From the NCBI RefSeq assembly GCF_000485595.1, contig NW_014577072.1, positions 1,050,978 to 1,114,977 of the forward strand: DNA of 64,000 nucleotides, written 5' to 3'. Below the pieces are notes generated by a model, which was not told the DNA's origin, made no database searches, and saw only the letters and a program-made list of their open reading frames with translations. The position numbers were made by a program, and so were the translations under genes. The first letter of the stretch is position 1. Each line of letters begins with the position of its first letter. Source of the stretch: Priapulus caudatus. Taxonomy: Eukaryota. Of this stretch, positions 54,301 to 63,850 are shown piece after piece.

Positions 54301-54883
54301 CATCGACGCCATCTTGAGAGGAATGTGCGCACAGAACGTGGAGAGGGCCGACATGAAGGTCACGACCGAAATCCGAGACCACTTGTTTCAGGTACTGGTC
54401 TCTTTCTCTCCGGAATGTGAGGCTGTGTAAATATTCGTCAATGTGTGTCTGCCTACTTGCTAGGACGGAGTAGTCGATCGGTGCTACGAGGGCTTTTCCG
54501 AACGATCATATCATCACCCGTAATGTAACACTTTTCAGGAACATGGTAAGAGGTACGGAATGGACCTGATTTCGCTTAACATCCAGAGAGGAAGAGACCA
54601 CGGCCTTCCTGGCTACAACACTTACAGACATATGTGTGGTCTTCCTCTTGCTAAAAACTTTAACGACCTGAGGGATGTAATGGATGAAGAAAGCATCATA
54701 GGGTTTAAACGCATATATAGGTAAAAACCAATTATGTTATTTGATTTTTGCTGCTAAGTATGAAAACGCGTGACAACTTGGGAATTAACTTTGAAAGAGA
54801 CAAAGGAACAAAGAGAAAAGGAGAGAGAGAGTGACAGAGAGAGAAAGAGAGAGAGAGAGAGAGAGGCGCACGGAGAGAGAGAA

Positions 54884-54963
<80 letters not shown>

Positions 54964-57900
54964 ACGAAAGCGAGAACGAGAGGGAGGGGAGAGCGAGCGA
55001 TCAAGATCGGATTAGAGAGATAGGAAACCACCAACCTTTTATTAACCCTGCGTTACCGTTGTCATGCAGCAACGTCGACGACATCGACTTCTTCACGGCC
55101 GGCCTCGCCGAGCGTAAGCTGAACGGCGCGCTGCTCGGCCCGACGTTCGCCTGCATCATCGGCCGACAGTTCACGGCCCTGCGACGCGGCGACCGTCTAT
55201 GGTACGAGAACAACGACGCCGTCAGCCGCTTCTCTCCCGAGCAGCTGGCCGAGATCCGCCATGTGACGCTCTCGAGCGTGCTGTGCAACGTCGCCGACAA
55301 CATCACCCGCGCTCAGCCACAGATCTTCCTCATGCCCGACATGTTCACGTAAGTCACATTAGCGGGCGCGCGCGGGGGGTAGGTTCACTGTAGACGCTCG
55401 CGCTGCGGTGTGGTGAAGGGAGTCCGGTGTTTTAACGCAATGCGAGAAAAGATGGCGGTAGGGCGATCTGGGGGTCGTCGTCAGAAACATCGTAAAGTTG
55501 ATGCTAATGTTAATGCTAAGATAGCACTTAAGACTACTGTTAATACTAATTTTGTTTTTGACAACGGGCCCCAGATGTATGGGCTGTGGTATATGGGGTT
55601 AGTAGATATACTATACGTTTGTAGGTCGTTTTGGCGCGCGCGTTTGTGTGTGCGCGTGCATGCGTGCGTAGGTGCTTGTCGTTGTGTGCGCGTGCATGCG
55701 TCCGTGCGTGCTTGTCGTTGTGTGTGAGTGCATGCGTCCGTGCGTACGTGCTTGTCGTTGTGTGTGAGTGCATGCGTCCGTGCGTAAGTGCTTGTCGTTG
55801 CGTGCGCGTGCATCCGTACGTACGTGCTTGTCGTTGTGTGCGCGTGTATGCGGGCGTAGGTGCTTGTCGTTGTGTGCGCGTGAATGCGTGCGTAGGTGCT
55901 TGTCGTTGTGTGTGAGTGCATGCATGCGTGCGTACGTGCTTGTCGTTGTGTGCGCGTGCATGCGTGCGTGCGTACGTGCTTGTCGTTGTGTGCGCGTGCA
56001 TGCGTGCGTACGTGCTTGTCGTTGTGCGTGAGTGCATGCGTGCGTGCGTAGGTGCTTGTCGTTGTGTGCGCGTGTATGCATGCGTGCGTACGTGGTTGTC
56101 GTTGTGTGTGAGTGCATGCGTCCGTGCCTGCTTGTCGTTGTGTGTGAGTACATACGTCCGTGCGTGCTTGTCGTTGTGTGCGCGTGCATGCGTGCGTGCG
56201 TAGGTGCTTGTCGTTGTGTGTGAGTGCATGCATGCGTGTGTACGTGCTTGTCGTTGTGTGTGAGTGCATGCGTGCGTGCGTACGTGCTTGTCGTTGTGTG
56301 CGCGTGCATGCGTCTGTGCGTGCTTGTCGTTGTGTGTGAGTGGATACGTCCGTGCGCGTATATGTTAATTGTGCGTGTATCTGTATGGTCGTGGTGTCTT
56401 TATTAGCAGGGTAGTTAGTTTAAACATGTTTTGTTTCATACTTCAGGAATGACTTTGTAGACTGTTCACATTTACCAATGGTGGATTTAAGCAAGTGGGA
56501 AGATACAGGTAAGATTTACGCAAATACAGCACTTACGCTCGGCATAAGGTGCGTGGGGTGACCACTGGCTTATAATCCATCCCCTTGTCATCCACCGTCT
56601 CTATGGCAACCATATTTGCGTCGACTTGCAGTCGTCATCGTTGCAACGGTAAAATGAAAAGCGATCATCACATTTCTCCTAAATATAATTTCCTGCTAGA
56701 TTTGTTTACATTGTTGACATGCATGTTTTTGTCGGCGCAGAGTACAAGATGCCGATTAGGCTGCATAGCAGTCAGGTGGCGCAATCAGTGAAGGAAGCTC
56801 ACAGCAACGTCCAGAACATCGTTCAGCTAGAGAAGCAAGCCTACGAACTCGGTAGGTCTGTCTGTGCGGCCTCATGTCACGGGTGGTAGACAGGTCGCCT
56901 GCAGCAGTTAAGATAGTTAACTTCTGCTCAACTACTCCATGCTTGCTTTTTCTGTGGCGATCTGATAGCGATGGCAAAAGTGACGGTGATAACAACCGAT
57001 ATGGTCATGTAGAAGACGATGATAGATAGATGAGGACGTCACGCCCTGGTGATTGCTGAGGGCAACAGAGTTTGTGGGCATATGCCTCCACCCTCTAACG
57101 ATTGTAAAATTATATTCTAACCTCTGATTGCAATAGTTCAACATGATGACGGGAGTTCGTTCTGCTGTAGGGTTCGGAAGAGTACTGAGTCCACGCGACT
57201 CTCTCAGCAGGCATGCTTCGTTCATGAAGTCAACTCCATATATCCAGCTACTGAGTCAGGCCTCCAAAGTTCTCATCAACGCTACCGGCATTCTGGTGTC
57301 GCTGTAAGTGCGCTGACACGACGAAACTCGTTTCGCGTGCGTTTTAACGCGTGTGAACATTCCATTTCAATATTCATTTAGTTAATGTATTTAGTCCGTT
57401 AAAATGACACCGAAGCTGTATCGGACGCCTGGCTGGAATAACAGCAATACGACATTGACATTGACATTGACATTGACATTGATATTGACATTGACATTGA
57501 CATTGACATTGACATTGACATTGACATTGACGTTTGGCGGAGTCGTTGCATCGCTCGTTATCTCCTGCAGGAATTCACTGACGCGTGCTGACGTACTCGA
57601 TCGTCTGGCATCCGTCTCACTGCCGGACAATCTCATTCCTCCCGAGCCTGACGCGTGTGTCGCCTCAACACCGTTCATCGCCTGTGATATCACGAGCAAG
57701 TTTCGCACGATAAGCGCACGCTGCAACAACCTAGGCGATCCTGAAGCTGGAACCGCGCTCAGGCCGCTTACTCGTGTGCTGCCACCAGCATACGATGACG
57801 GTACGTGCTAGTGTACTATATATCGTGTCTCGAAATCAGAATCTAGCATACTGCGGCAAGCATGCGTATTTTCCCAATTGCTTTTTATTCATCGTAGAAC

Positions 57901-59163
57901 TACCCGCTCCATACTTCATAGCCAAAATTTCAAGCCACAGATTCACTTTCACGTGCATTTACGCCTGAACTTATACAAGCCGTGTGTGTATGCAGGTATC
58001 AATGCTCCCCACGTTGCTGGCAACCAGGGCAGGCGTCTGCCAAGCGCCAGGTCCGTGAGCCTTCGCATTCATGAGGATATCAGCAAGTCACACCTCGCAT
58101 ACACACTCGCACTGATGCAGTGGGGACAGTTCGCAGATCACGACATCACGCACACGCCACTTTCTAGAGGTATGACTAGCATAGAGAAGGAGAATAGGTT
58201 ATAGAGGAAGGAAGGGAACTTGGTAGTGAGAAGGAGACGCATCGTGTGAGATAAAAAGAGAAAGAGAGGCGAGAGAGAGATAGAGAGAAATAGAGCGCAT
58301 GAGAGAAAGGAAGAGAGGACGATCGCGAGCAAGAGAAAAACANNNNNNNNNNNNNNNNNNNNNNNNNNNNNNNNNNNNNNNNNNNNNNNNNNNNNNNNNN
58401 NNNNNNNNNNNNNNNNNNNNNNNNNNNNNNNNNNNNNNNNNNNNNNGGACTAGAGAGGCAGCCGACTGAGAGAACAGGGAAGAAGTCAGTGAGGGAACGC
58501 GCGGAGCAAGAGAAAAATCAATGACAAGACAACGACGAGAGAGAGAGCGCCCCGGAGGAGGAGAAAAGGAGGAGACAGAAGAGTGGGACAGGCGAGAAGA
58601 GACGAGGACGAGAGAGAGAGGGAGACGGAGAGAGGTAGAGGACAGGGGCCGTGATCAATGAGGAGAGAGTGAAGAGAGAGAAGGAGAGAGACGAGAGCGC
58701 GCGGTGATCATGACGAAGAGCTGGAGTGAGGAGAGCGAGGAAGAGAAGGAGAGAGAAGAGAGAGAGGGTGATCTGAGACGGGACCGAGAGGAGTGAGAGC
58801 GCGTTTCCATGAGAGGAGAGCCGAGATTGATGAGAAGACGAGAGAGAGCTGGCACACGAGGAGAGACCGCGGAGAGAGAGAGAGAGAGAGAGACGAGGCG
58901 TGGATCTTAAAGAGATAGCAGAGCATGAGAGAGATAGAGAGAGAAGAGAGAGAGAGAGCATGAGAAGAGAGACGAGAGAGCAGACGAGATAGATAGGGCA
59001 TGAGAGAAAGGGAAGAGAGAACGCTTCGCGATAGAGAGAAAAACCAGACAGAAAGGACGACGAGGCGGGCGCCGAGAGAGACGAGAGAGAGAGCGTGATC
59101 ATGAGGAGAAGAGCGAGAGAGATAGAGACGAGGCGAAGAGGAGAGAGCGAGAGCGAAGAAGAG

Positions 59164-59231
<68 letters not shown>

Positions 59232-61586
59232 AGAAAGAGAGCGAGAGAACGAGAGACAAGCAAATCGAAACACATTGCCTTTGATTAAATATTGTTATTG
59301 ATATCAAAATCCAGGTTTCAACAACTCGGTGCTGGACTGCTCAAACTGTAACAGCTTCACTACAGTCAGCACCGAATGCTTTCCCATCGAGGTGCCGAGA
59401 GACGATCCATTCTTCCCAATAACGACCCCGGAAGGAAATCGGAAATGCATGGGCTTTGCCCGCTCTAGTCCTATTAGCCTCCGCTTTGGTAAGTCGTATA
59501 ATTAATAATACATAATAATAATTATAATATTAATATTAAATTATATATTAAATCATAAATAAAAATTATTAATTATTAATATAAAATTATAATATTAAAT
59601 ATAATAATATTAATAATAGTACATAATAATATAAAGCGATTATTTATTAATCGATGTTTAAGCTCGATGTTCTGAACATGGTTTGCATATCCATTTCGTG
59701 CGAGTGCCACTATCCAAAACATTGGAGTAAGACGCAAGAACCTTGTTCCTTTATCGAGAGTTGCGAGGATACATTTTATAAACTGAAGGGATGCATCCAT
59801 TAAAAACAGGTTAAAGACACGATTGTAGGTGTTATCCTTAGTCAGACGCATCCAACCTTTTGCGCTTAATAATAATTCAAGATTGCGCCAAGATACCATG
59901 CCGATGGAGATGGGTACCCGATCTCATATGAATGTACATATCTTAAACTACCTTCATGCCAATTTTCATACTTTGGTCAAAAAGTGCACAATTATATCCC
60001 TTAGCTGCTGTACTATAATCGCACCAGGAATATCATAACTTCGTTTATATATAGCGCCCTGTACGTGTGTCTTTCCCCCATGCAGGTCCTCGGCAGCAGA
60101 TGAACGCCATTACGTCGTACCTAGACGCGTCCAACGTGTACGGATCGGATACATGCAGAGCGACCCTGCTGAGAGAATTCAGAGATGGTAAGCGTAAACA
60201 CAAGCCATGTTAATTCTCCCGGTGTCTATAAATCTTCTCTACGCTCTTTAGCAACGGTCGCGTCCGCGACCGTGTGGAGTGCGGTAGACGCTGTAAAGAC
60301 GCAACATGTTCTGCTTGCATCTATGACAAATACGCTCTCCTATGACACTATTTGTCATAGGAAGATTCTTCCTATGACAAATATTGGCCAGTCAACTTCG
60401 TTCCGCTTTACAGCTGAAATTCACTGCTTGCGTTCATAATAGCGCAAACTCCTATGATGCGCACAACACATACAACAATATTTGTCATAGGAAGAATCTT
60501 CCTATGACAAATAGTGTCATAGGAGAGCGTATAAAAATTATGCGTATGTCGTATTTGTCATAGATGCTAGCAGAACAGGCTGGGACTTCAGAGCTGCCCT
60601 TCGCGTATATGCGTAAATGAGGGGAAGATGGGTTAGGGGGTAGTTTGATGCTCATCTAACATAAACACTTACGCTGTCGCAGGCAAGCTACGGACAGTGC
60701 CTAACAGCGATGGACTGAAGCCACTGCTGCCTCCGCATGCGCTCGACGATGATTGTAAGAATGAGGACAAGGCTCTGTGCTTCCTTGCCGGCGACCTGCG
60801 CGCCAACGAGCAGCCAATGCTGTCCGTCATGCACCTGCTGTGGGTGCGCGAGCATAACAGGATCACTGAGCGGCTGACCAATCTCAACCCACACTGGAGC
60901 GACAATCAGCTGTACGAGGTGAGTGGATCGGCGAGGTATTCGTGTATACATTGATTGATGATCGATACATTGATTGATGTATGTATTGATATGCGTACAC
61001 GCGTGCCTGTGAGGGAGCGTGAGCGCGTTCGTGGGTTATCAGAAACACGATATTATTAATCGATTAGTAAATTAGCGAATCAAGTCTATTCGACCGATAG
61101 ACTAACCAGCCGTGTGACCAAACCACACACGTACGCACGCACCTATACACACCATATATAGACTCTATATTTATGTGTCAGTGTGCGGCAGCGTGCGGCA
61201 GCGTGCGTGCGGTGGACATGTGTGTTGCAGAGAAGCATTTGCACGGAATTTACAGAAAATTGTCGGCAATAATAGACGAAAGAGAGTAGAGAAACATTAA
61301 GACTTTGGTAGTAAATAGATTTCGTATTTATTTAGCATTATATTTGATTGAAACGCTGTAAGTGCCTGTGATACACACGTGCATACTTCTACAGCGATAA
61401 GAGGGCGACAGAGAGCAGAATATATATATATATATATATATATATATCTATATAATAATTTGAGTAGTGTCGTTCTGTTTGTTCCTGCATGACTGCTAGG
61501 CGCGTGCACGAATCCGGCTGAAATTTTTAGTGCTTCATTCCTACGCATCAGGTTCGATTCTAACAATTTACTTTTTNNNNNNNNNN

Positions 61587-61618
<32 letters not shown>

Positions 61619-63669
61619 GGGAGAGAGAGAGAGAGAGGGAGAGAGAGACAGATTCCGGATGGTGGGTAATTTTTCTCTTGTGTCTGGTTTACAGGAGGGG
61701 CGACGCATCGTCGGAGCGATGCACCAGCACATCACCTACCACGAGTTCTTGCCACGCGTGCTCGGAGTCACGACGATGGACAGATACGGATTGACATTGA
61801 AATCGTCCGGCTTCTACGACGGATACGATCCATCATGCGACGTCACCATCTCCAACGAGTTCGCGACGGCCGCATTCCGATTTGGTCACAGTCTGATCAA
61901 GGATGTCTTCAAACGCTTCAACACCGTATTCCGCGAGAAGTACGCACCGGTCGGACTCATATTCAACTTCTTCAATCCGGAGGTGAGTTTCTCACGAGAA
62001 CAGACAGCTAACTCGACCAGCGTTATTCTCACAAAAAGAATTTTCAGCGCATTGTTTCGCTCCTTGCTCACAAACCGTCATCTTGTCTCCCATCACGCGA
62101 GCCGGTCGTCGTATTGAGGGCTGTTGGATACCGGATGATAAAGCTCATCCACAAACATATTAGCATTCCGCATGTCTTCCGGAATTCGTCCTACGTGTGT
62201 GGCTGCCCCTGATATTCGATTTTTACCTTCAGGTGCTGCGAGACAACACGAATGGCGGCGTTGACTCGCTGATCCGTGGCCTGATCACCGTCGTTGCCGA
62301 GAGTGCAGACCGCCATCTTGTGAAGAGTATCACCAACCACCTGTTCGAAGAGCGCGGGAAGCCATTCAGCGGACTCGACCTGGGCGCGATGAACATACAG
62401 CGAGGACGCGACCACGGCCTACACGGCTACAACGATTACAGGTGAGATTAGCTGACAAATACAGGTGAGATTACCTGACAAATACAGGTGAGATTACCTG
62501 ACAAATACAGGTGAGATTACCTGAGAATTACAGGTGAGTTTAGCTGACAACTACAAGTGATATTAGAAGATGACAGCTACAGGGGAAATTAGCTAATAAC
62601 TATAGGTGAGGTTAAATGACAACTACAGATGAACTCATGATGCGAGAACTAATATGATCTATCCGACATTCACTATTTTTATTCATTATTCTTTTGTCGT
62701 GTGCAGAGAGTCCTGTGGTCTGCATAGAGCACGTTCATTTAATGATCTATCCCGTGAGATTTCGGACAGCAACGTCATCAACAAGCTGTCACGAACCTAT
62801 GAGTGAGTATACCAGCCTGCTTACGAATGCATGACTGTGCGTAACTGCCGCACGGGCTCGGCACATGATGAACAATATGTACCTTACTGAAACGTTAACA
62901 CCAGTATTAATAAATACCGTCATTGTATTTCGTTGTGTTTCCATGTAATTATTATATCGGATTAAGAGGTGTGCCGGTACACCTGCAATTACAACGCTCA
63001 CAGATGATCATGCCTGTACGAGCTAAAACGTCGACAGTACGAAACATACCTGTTTTTGTACGCACAGCACAATTGTCCTTCCTTCGCACTGCCACCGTAG
63101 ACAAAAACTGATAGCTCGTGTTCTGTACGCTTAGAACCGTTGATGACATTGACCTGTTCACGGGTGGTCTTGCTGAGGACCCGATGATGGGGGCGCTGAT
63201 CGGACCCACGTTCGCCTGCATTATTGCCGAGCAGTTCCAACGTCTGCGCAAGTGCGATCGCTTCTGGTATGAAACGGGCGACCACGTAACGCGGTTCACT
63301 TCAGGTTAGTATAACTATACACTGTTCGGCTGAAACTACACTCACTAGTAGTGCATTTCAGACTAGCTATGGTATGGGGCCATAACGAGCAGAGTGACCG
63401 TACGGTTCACCTGTGCCACACACTATAAGATCAGCAGTAAGTACACCTTCAGTGTAAACGATTGTGGTCTAGAGTGAGGTTATAACGCGAAGCAATTTTC
63501 AATGCAACGCACCTTGCATACCGCAGTACGTGTAAACGCCTACGGGTTAACTTCTTGCAGCTCAACTCACCGAGATCCGTAAGACGACACTTGCAAAGAT
63601 GCTATGCGTGAATTCTGACAACATTCCCGTCATCCACCCATACGTCATGTCGCTTCCAGACGACGTGCT
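37241..63669 (+). CDS. Secreted double heme peroxidase (two animal peroxidase domains; DBLOX/CG10211-like, peroxinectin/chorion-peroxidase clade), 3' end beyond window
   Basis: 26 AG/GT-bounded, phase-consistent exons, 4307 nt (about 1435 aa). Signal peptide [19 protein letters not shown]. Domain 1: [56 protein letters not shown]. Domain 2: [56 protein letters not shown]. Confidence 0.93.
42010..42139 (+). CDS. Peroxidase exon 2 (GLIEKATF...EATKLLAER)
   Basis: ttgcag| ... |gtacag; phase 1/2, parallels exon 57171-57303. Confidence 0.75.
43602..43642. mobile_element. 41-bp micro-foldback (7-bp TSD)
   Basis: caagagtagataataggagattctcctattatctacacttg; gtaagat on both sides. Confidence 0.8.
45072..45509. 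mobile_element. Non-autonomous DNA element with acaatacac/gtgtattgt internal repeats
   Basis: TIR atcctggtaactaacaatacac / gtgtattgttagttagcaggat. Confidence 0.7.
48460..48659. mobile_element. Inverted-repeat MITE
   Basis: About 48-bp arms ccatctgcgctaagacggcttt..tggaat / attcca..gccgtcttagcgcagatgg; TSD not resolved. Confidence 0.65.
49155..49221. mobile_element. Micro-foldback (7-bp TSD)
   Basis: caagagctaataata...tattattagctcttg; ctactat at 49148-49154 and 49222-49228. Confidence 0.8.
49409..49661. mobile_element. Palindromic MITE containing (TTAGGG)9
   Basis: Same arms and interior as 11120-11317; telomere-type tract at 49497-49550 (one TTAGAG variant). Confidence 0.85.
50139..50269. 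mobile_element. TAG..CTA foldback element with diverged 9-bp TSD
   Basis: tagtccgggtttcctctgaccaatgcccacaccgacgattt / aaatcgtcggtgtgggcattggttagaggaaactcggacta; flanks ggttgctca/gggtgttca. Confidence 0.75.
50503..50717 (+). CDS. Peroxidase exon 3 ([11 protein letters not shown])
   Basis: ttacag| ... |gtaagt. Confidence 0.92.
51067..51170 (+). CDS. Peroxidase exon 4 (LPSPRVVS)
   Basis: tttcag| ... |gtgaat. Confidence 0.9.
51567..51636 (+). CDS. Peroxidase exon 5 ([15 protein letters not shown])
   Basis: ctgcag| ... |gtaaca; distal His of domain 1. Confidence 0.93.
51785..51949 (+). CDS. Peroxidase exon 6 (DCC..DDPFY..CINFARS)
   Basis: ctgcag| ... |gtatgc. Confidence 0.92.
52346..52447 (+). 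CDS. Peroxidase exon 7 ([18 protein letters not shown])
   Basis: accag| ... |gtgagt; Ca-binding loop. Confidence 0.93.
52662..52778 (+). CDS. Peroxidase exon 8 (GRLKG..KCFLA)
   Basis: cgcag| ... |gtaagc. Confidence 0.9.
53072..53199 (+). CDS. Peroxidase exon 9 ([19 protein letters not shown])
   Basis: ggtag| ... |gtatgt. Confidence 0.93.
53666..53776 (+). CDS. Peroxidase exon 10 ([20 protein letters not shown])
   Basis: cacag| ... |gtacgt. Confidence 0.92.
54092..54391 (+). CDS. Peroxidase exon 11 ([12 protein letters not shown])
   Basis: tgcag| ... |gtactg; proximal His of domain 1. Confidence 0.93.
54539..54720 (+). CDS. Peroxidase exon 12 ([18 protein letters not shown])
   Basis: ttcag| ... 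|gtaaaa. Confidence 0.93.
55070..55348 (+). CDS. Peroxidase exon 13 ([23 protein letters not shown])
   Basis: tgcag| ... |gtaagt. Confidence 0.93.
55641..56360. repeat. Intronic minisatellite, about 31-39-bp variable unit with core gtgcttgtcgttgtgtg
   Basis: About 20 copies of the core, separated by gcgt/gcat microrepeats. Confidence 0.9.
56447..56508 (+). CDS. Peroxidase exon 14 ([20 protein letters not shown], end of domain 1)
   Basis: ttcag| ... |gtaaga; no stop codon. Confidence 0.88.
56741..56851 (+). CDS. Peroxidase exon 15 (linker / second propeptide)
   Basis: cgcag| ... |gtaggt; phase 1/1. Confidence 0.8.
57171..57303 (+). CDS. Peroxidase exon 16 (second propeptide)
   Basis: tgtag| ... 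|gtaagt; phase 1/2. Confidence 0.82.
57451..57531. repeat. (GACATT)n hexamer microsatellite
   Basis: About 13 units with one variant. Confidence 0.9.
57571..57800 (+). CDS. Peroxidase exon 17 ([18 protein letters not shown])
   Basis: ctgcag| ... |gtacgt. Confidence 0.92.
57996..58169 (+). CDS. Peroxidase exon 18 ([17 protein letters not shown])
   Basis: tgcag| ... |gtatga; distal His of domain 2. Confidence 0.93.
58343..58446. other. Assembly gap (104 N) inside a noisy (GA)-rich tract; 10-N gaps also at 36818, 41174 and 61577
   Basis: N runs seen directly. Confidence 0.95.
59315..59488 (+). CDS. Peroxidase exon 19 ([21 protein letters not shown])
   Basis: tccag| ... |gtaagt. Confidence 0.92.
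60086..60187 (+). CDS. Peroxidase exon 20 ([18 protein letters not shown])
   Basis: tgcag| ... |gtaagc. Confidence 0.93.
60303..60581. mobile_element. Foldback MITE (Harbinger-like ends)
   Basis: tgttctgcttgcatctatgacaaatacg / cgtatttgtcatagatgctagcagaaca; internal palindrome tatttgtcataggaagattcttcctatgacaaata present twice. Confidence 0.75.
60683..60918 (+). CDS. Peroxidase exon 21 ([15 protein letters not shown])
   Basis: cgcag| ... |gtgagt. Confidence 0.93.
61153..61370 (-). mobile_element. CACAG-family P-like element with asymmetric ends
   Basis: 61236-61370 is the reverse complement of about 14973-15105; atacacac at 61145-61152 and 61371-61378. Confidence 0.7.
61695..61982 (+). CDS. 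Peroxidase exon 22 ([12 protein letters not shown])
   Basis: tacag| ... |gtgagt; proximal His of domain 2. Confidence 0.93.
62233..62441 (+). CDS. Peroxidase exon 23 ([10 protein letters not shown])
   Basis: ttcag| ... |gtgaga. Confidence 0.93.
62438..62630. repeat. 23-bp tandem repeat containing the splice donor (acaggtgagattacctgacaaat)
   Basis: Five near-perfect units starting at 62438, 62461, 62484, 62507, 62530, then about 3 degenerate units. Confidence 0.88.
62707..62802 (+). CDS. Peroxidase exon 24 ([14 protein letters not shown])
   Basis: tgcag| ... |gtgagt; phase 2/2. Confidence 0.9.
63135..63304 (+). CDS. Peroxidase exon 25 ([15 protein letters not shown])
   Basis: cttag| ... 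|gttagt. Confidence 0.93.
63561..63669 (+). CDS. Peroxidase exon 26 ([15 protein letters not shown])
   Basis: tgcag| ... |gtaagt; final exon lies outside the window. Confidence 0.9.
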
Positions 63670-63702
63670 GTAAGTACGCGCGCATGTCGCCATAGTTCTA
63701 CT

Positions 63703-63850
63703 CACAGGCACTTGAAGCGTTTCAATAAAATATAATGCTAACTAAATACGAAATCTATTTACTACCAAATTCTTAATGTTTCTATACTCTCTTTCACCTA
63801 TTATTGCCGACAGTTTCCTGTCAATTCCGTCCAAATCCTACGTGCAACCT
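63703..63850 (+). mobile_element. CACAG-family P-like element, left arm (right end not found in window)
   Basis: cacaggcacttgaagcgtttcaataaaatataatgcta... closely matches about 14973-15105. Confidence 0.75.

Noticed and set aside
55481..56309. 227-262-aa minus-strand ORFs (HNDKH, TTTST repeats)
   Set aside because: Translations of an intronic minisatellite.
56447..56851. Two separate tandem peroxidase genes
   Set aside because: Exon 14 ends in a strong donor with no stop, exon 15 is in phase, and no second signal peptide or room for a promoter is evident.
57451..57531. Tandem TTGACA as bacterial -35 boxes
   Set aside because: Eukaryotic intronic microsatellite; the match is coincidental.
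58200..59260. GA-rich region with 199-251-aa Ser/Leu ORFs
   Set aside because: Noisy (GA)n sequence around an N gap, probably low-quality fill inside an intron.
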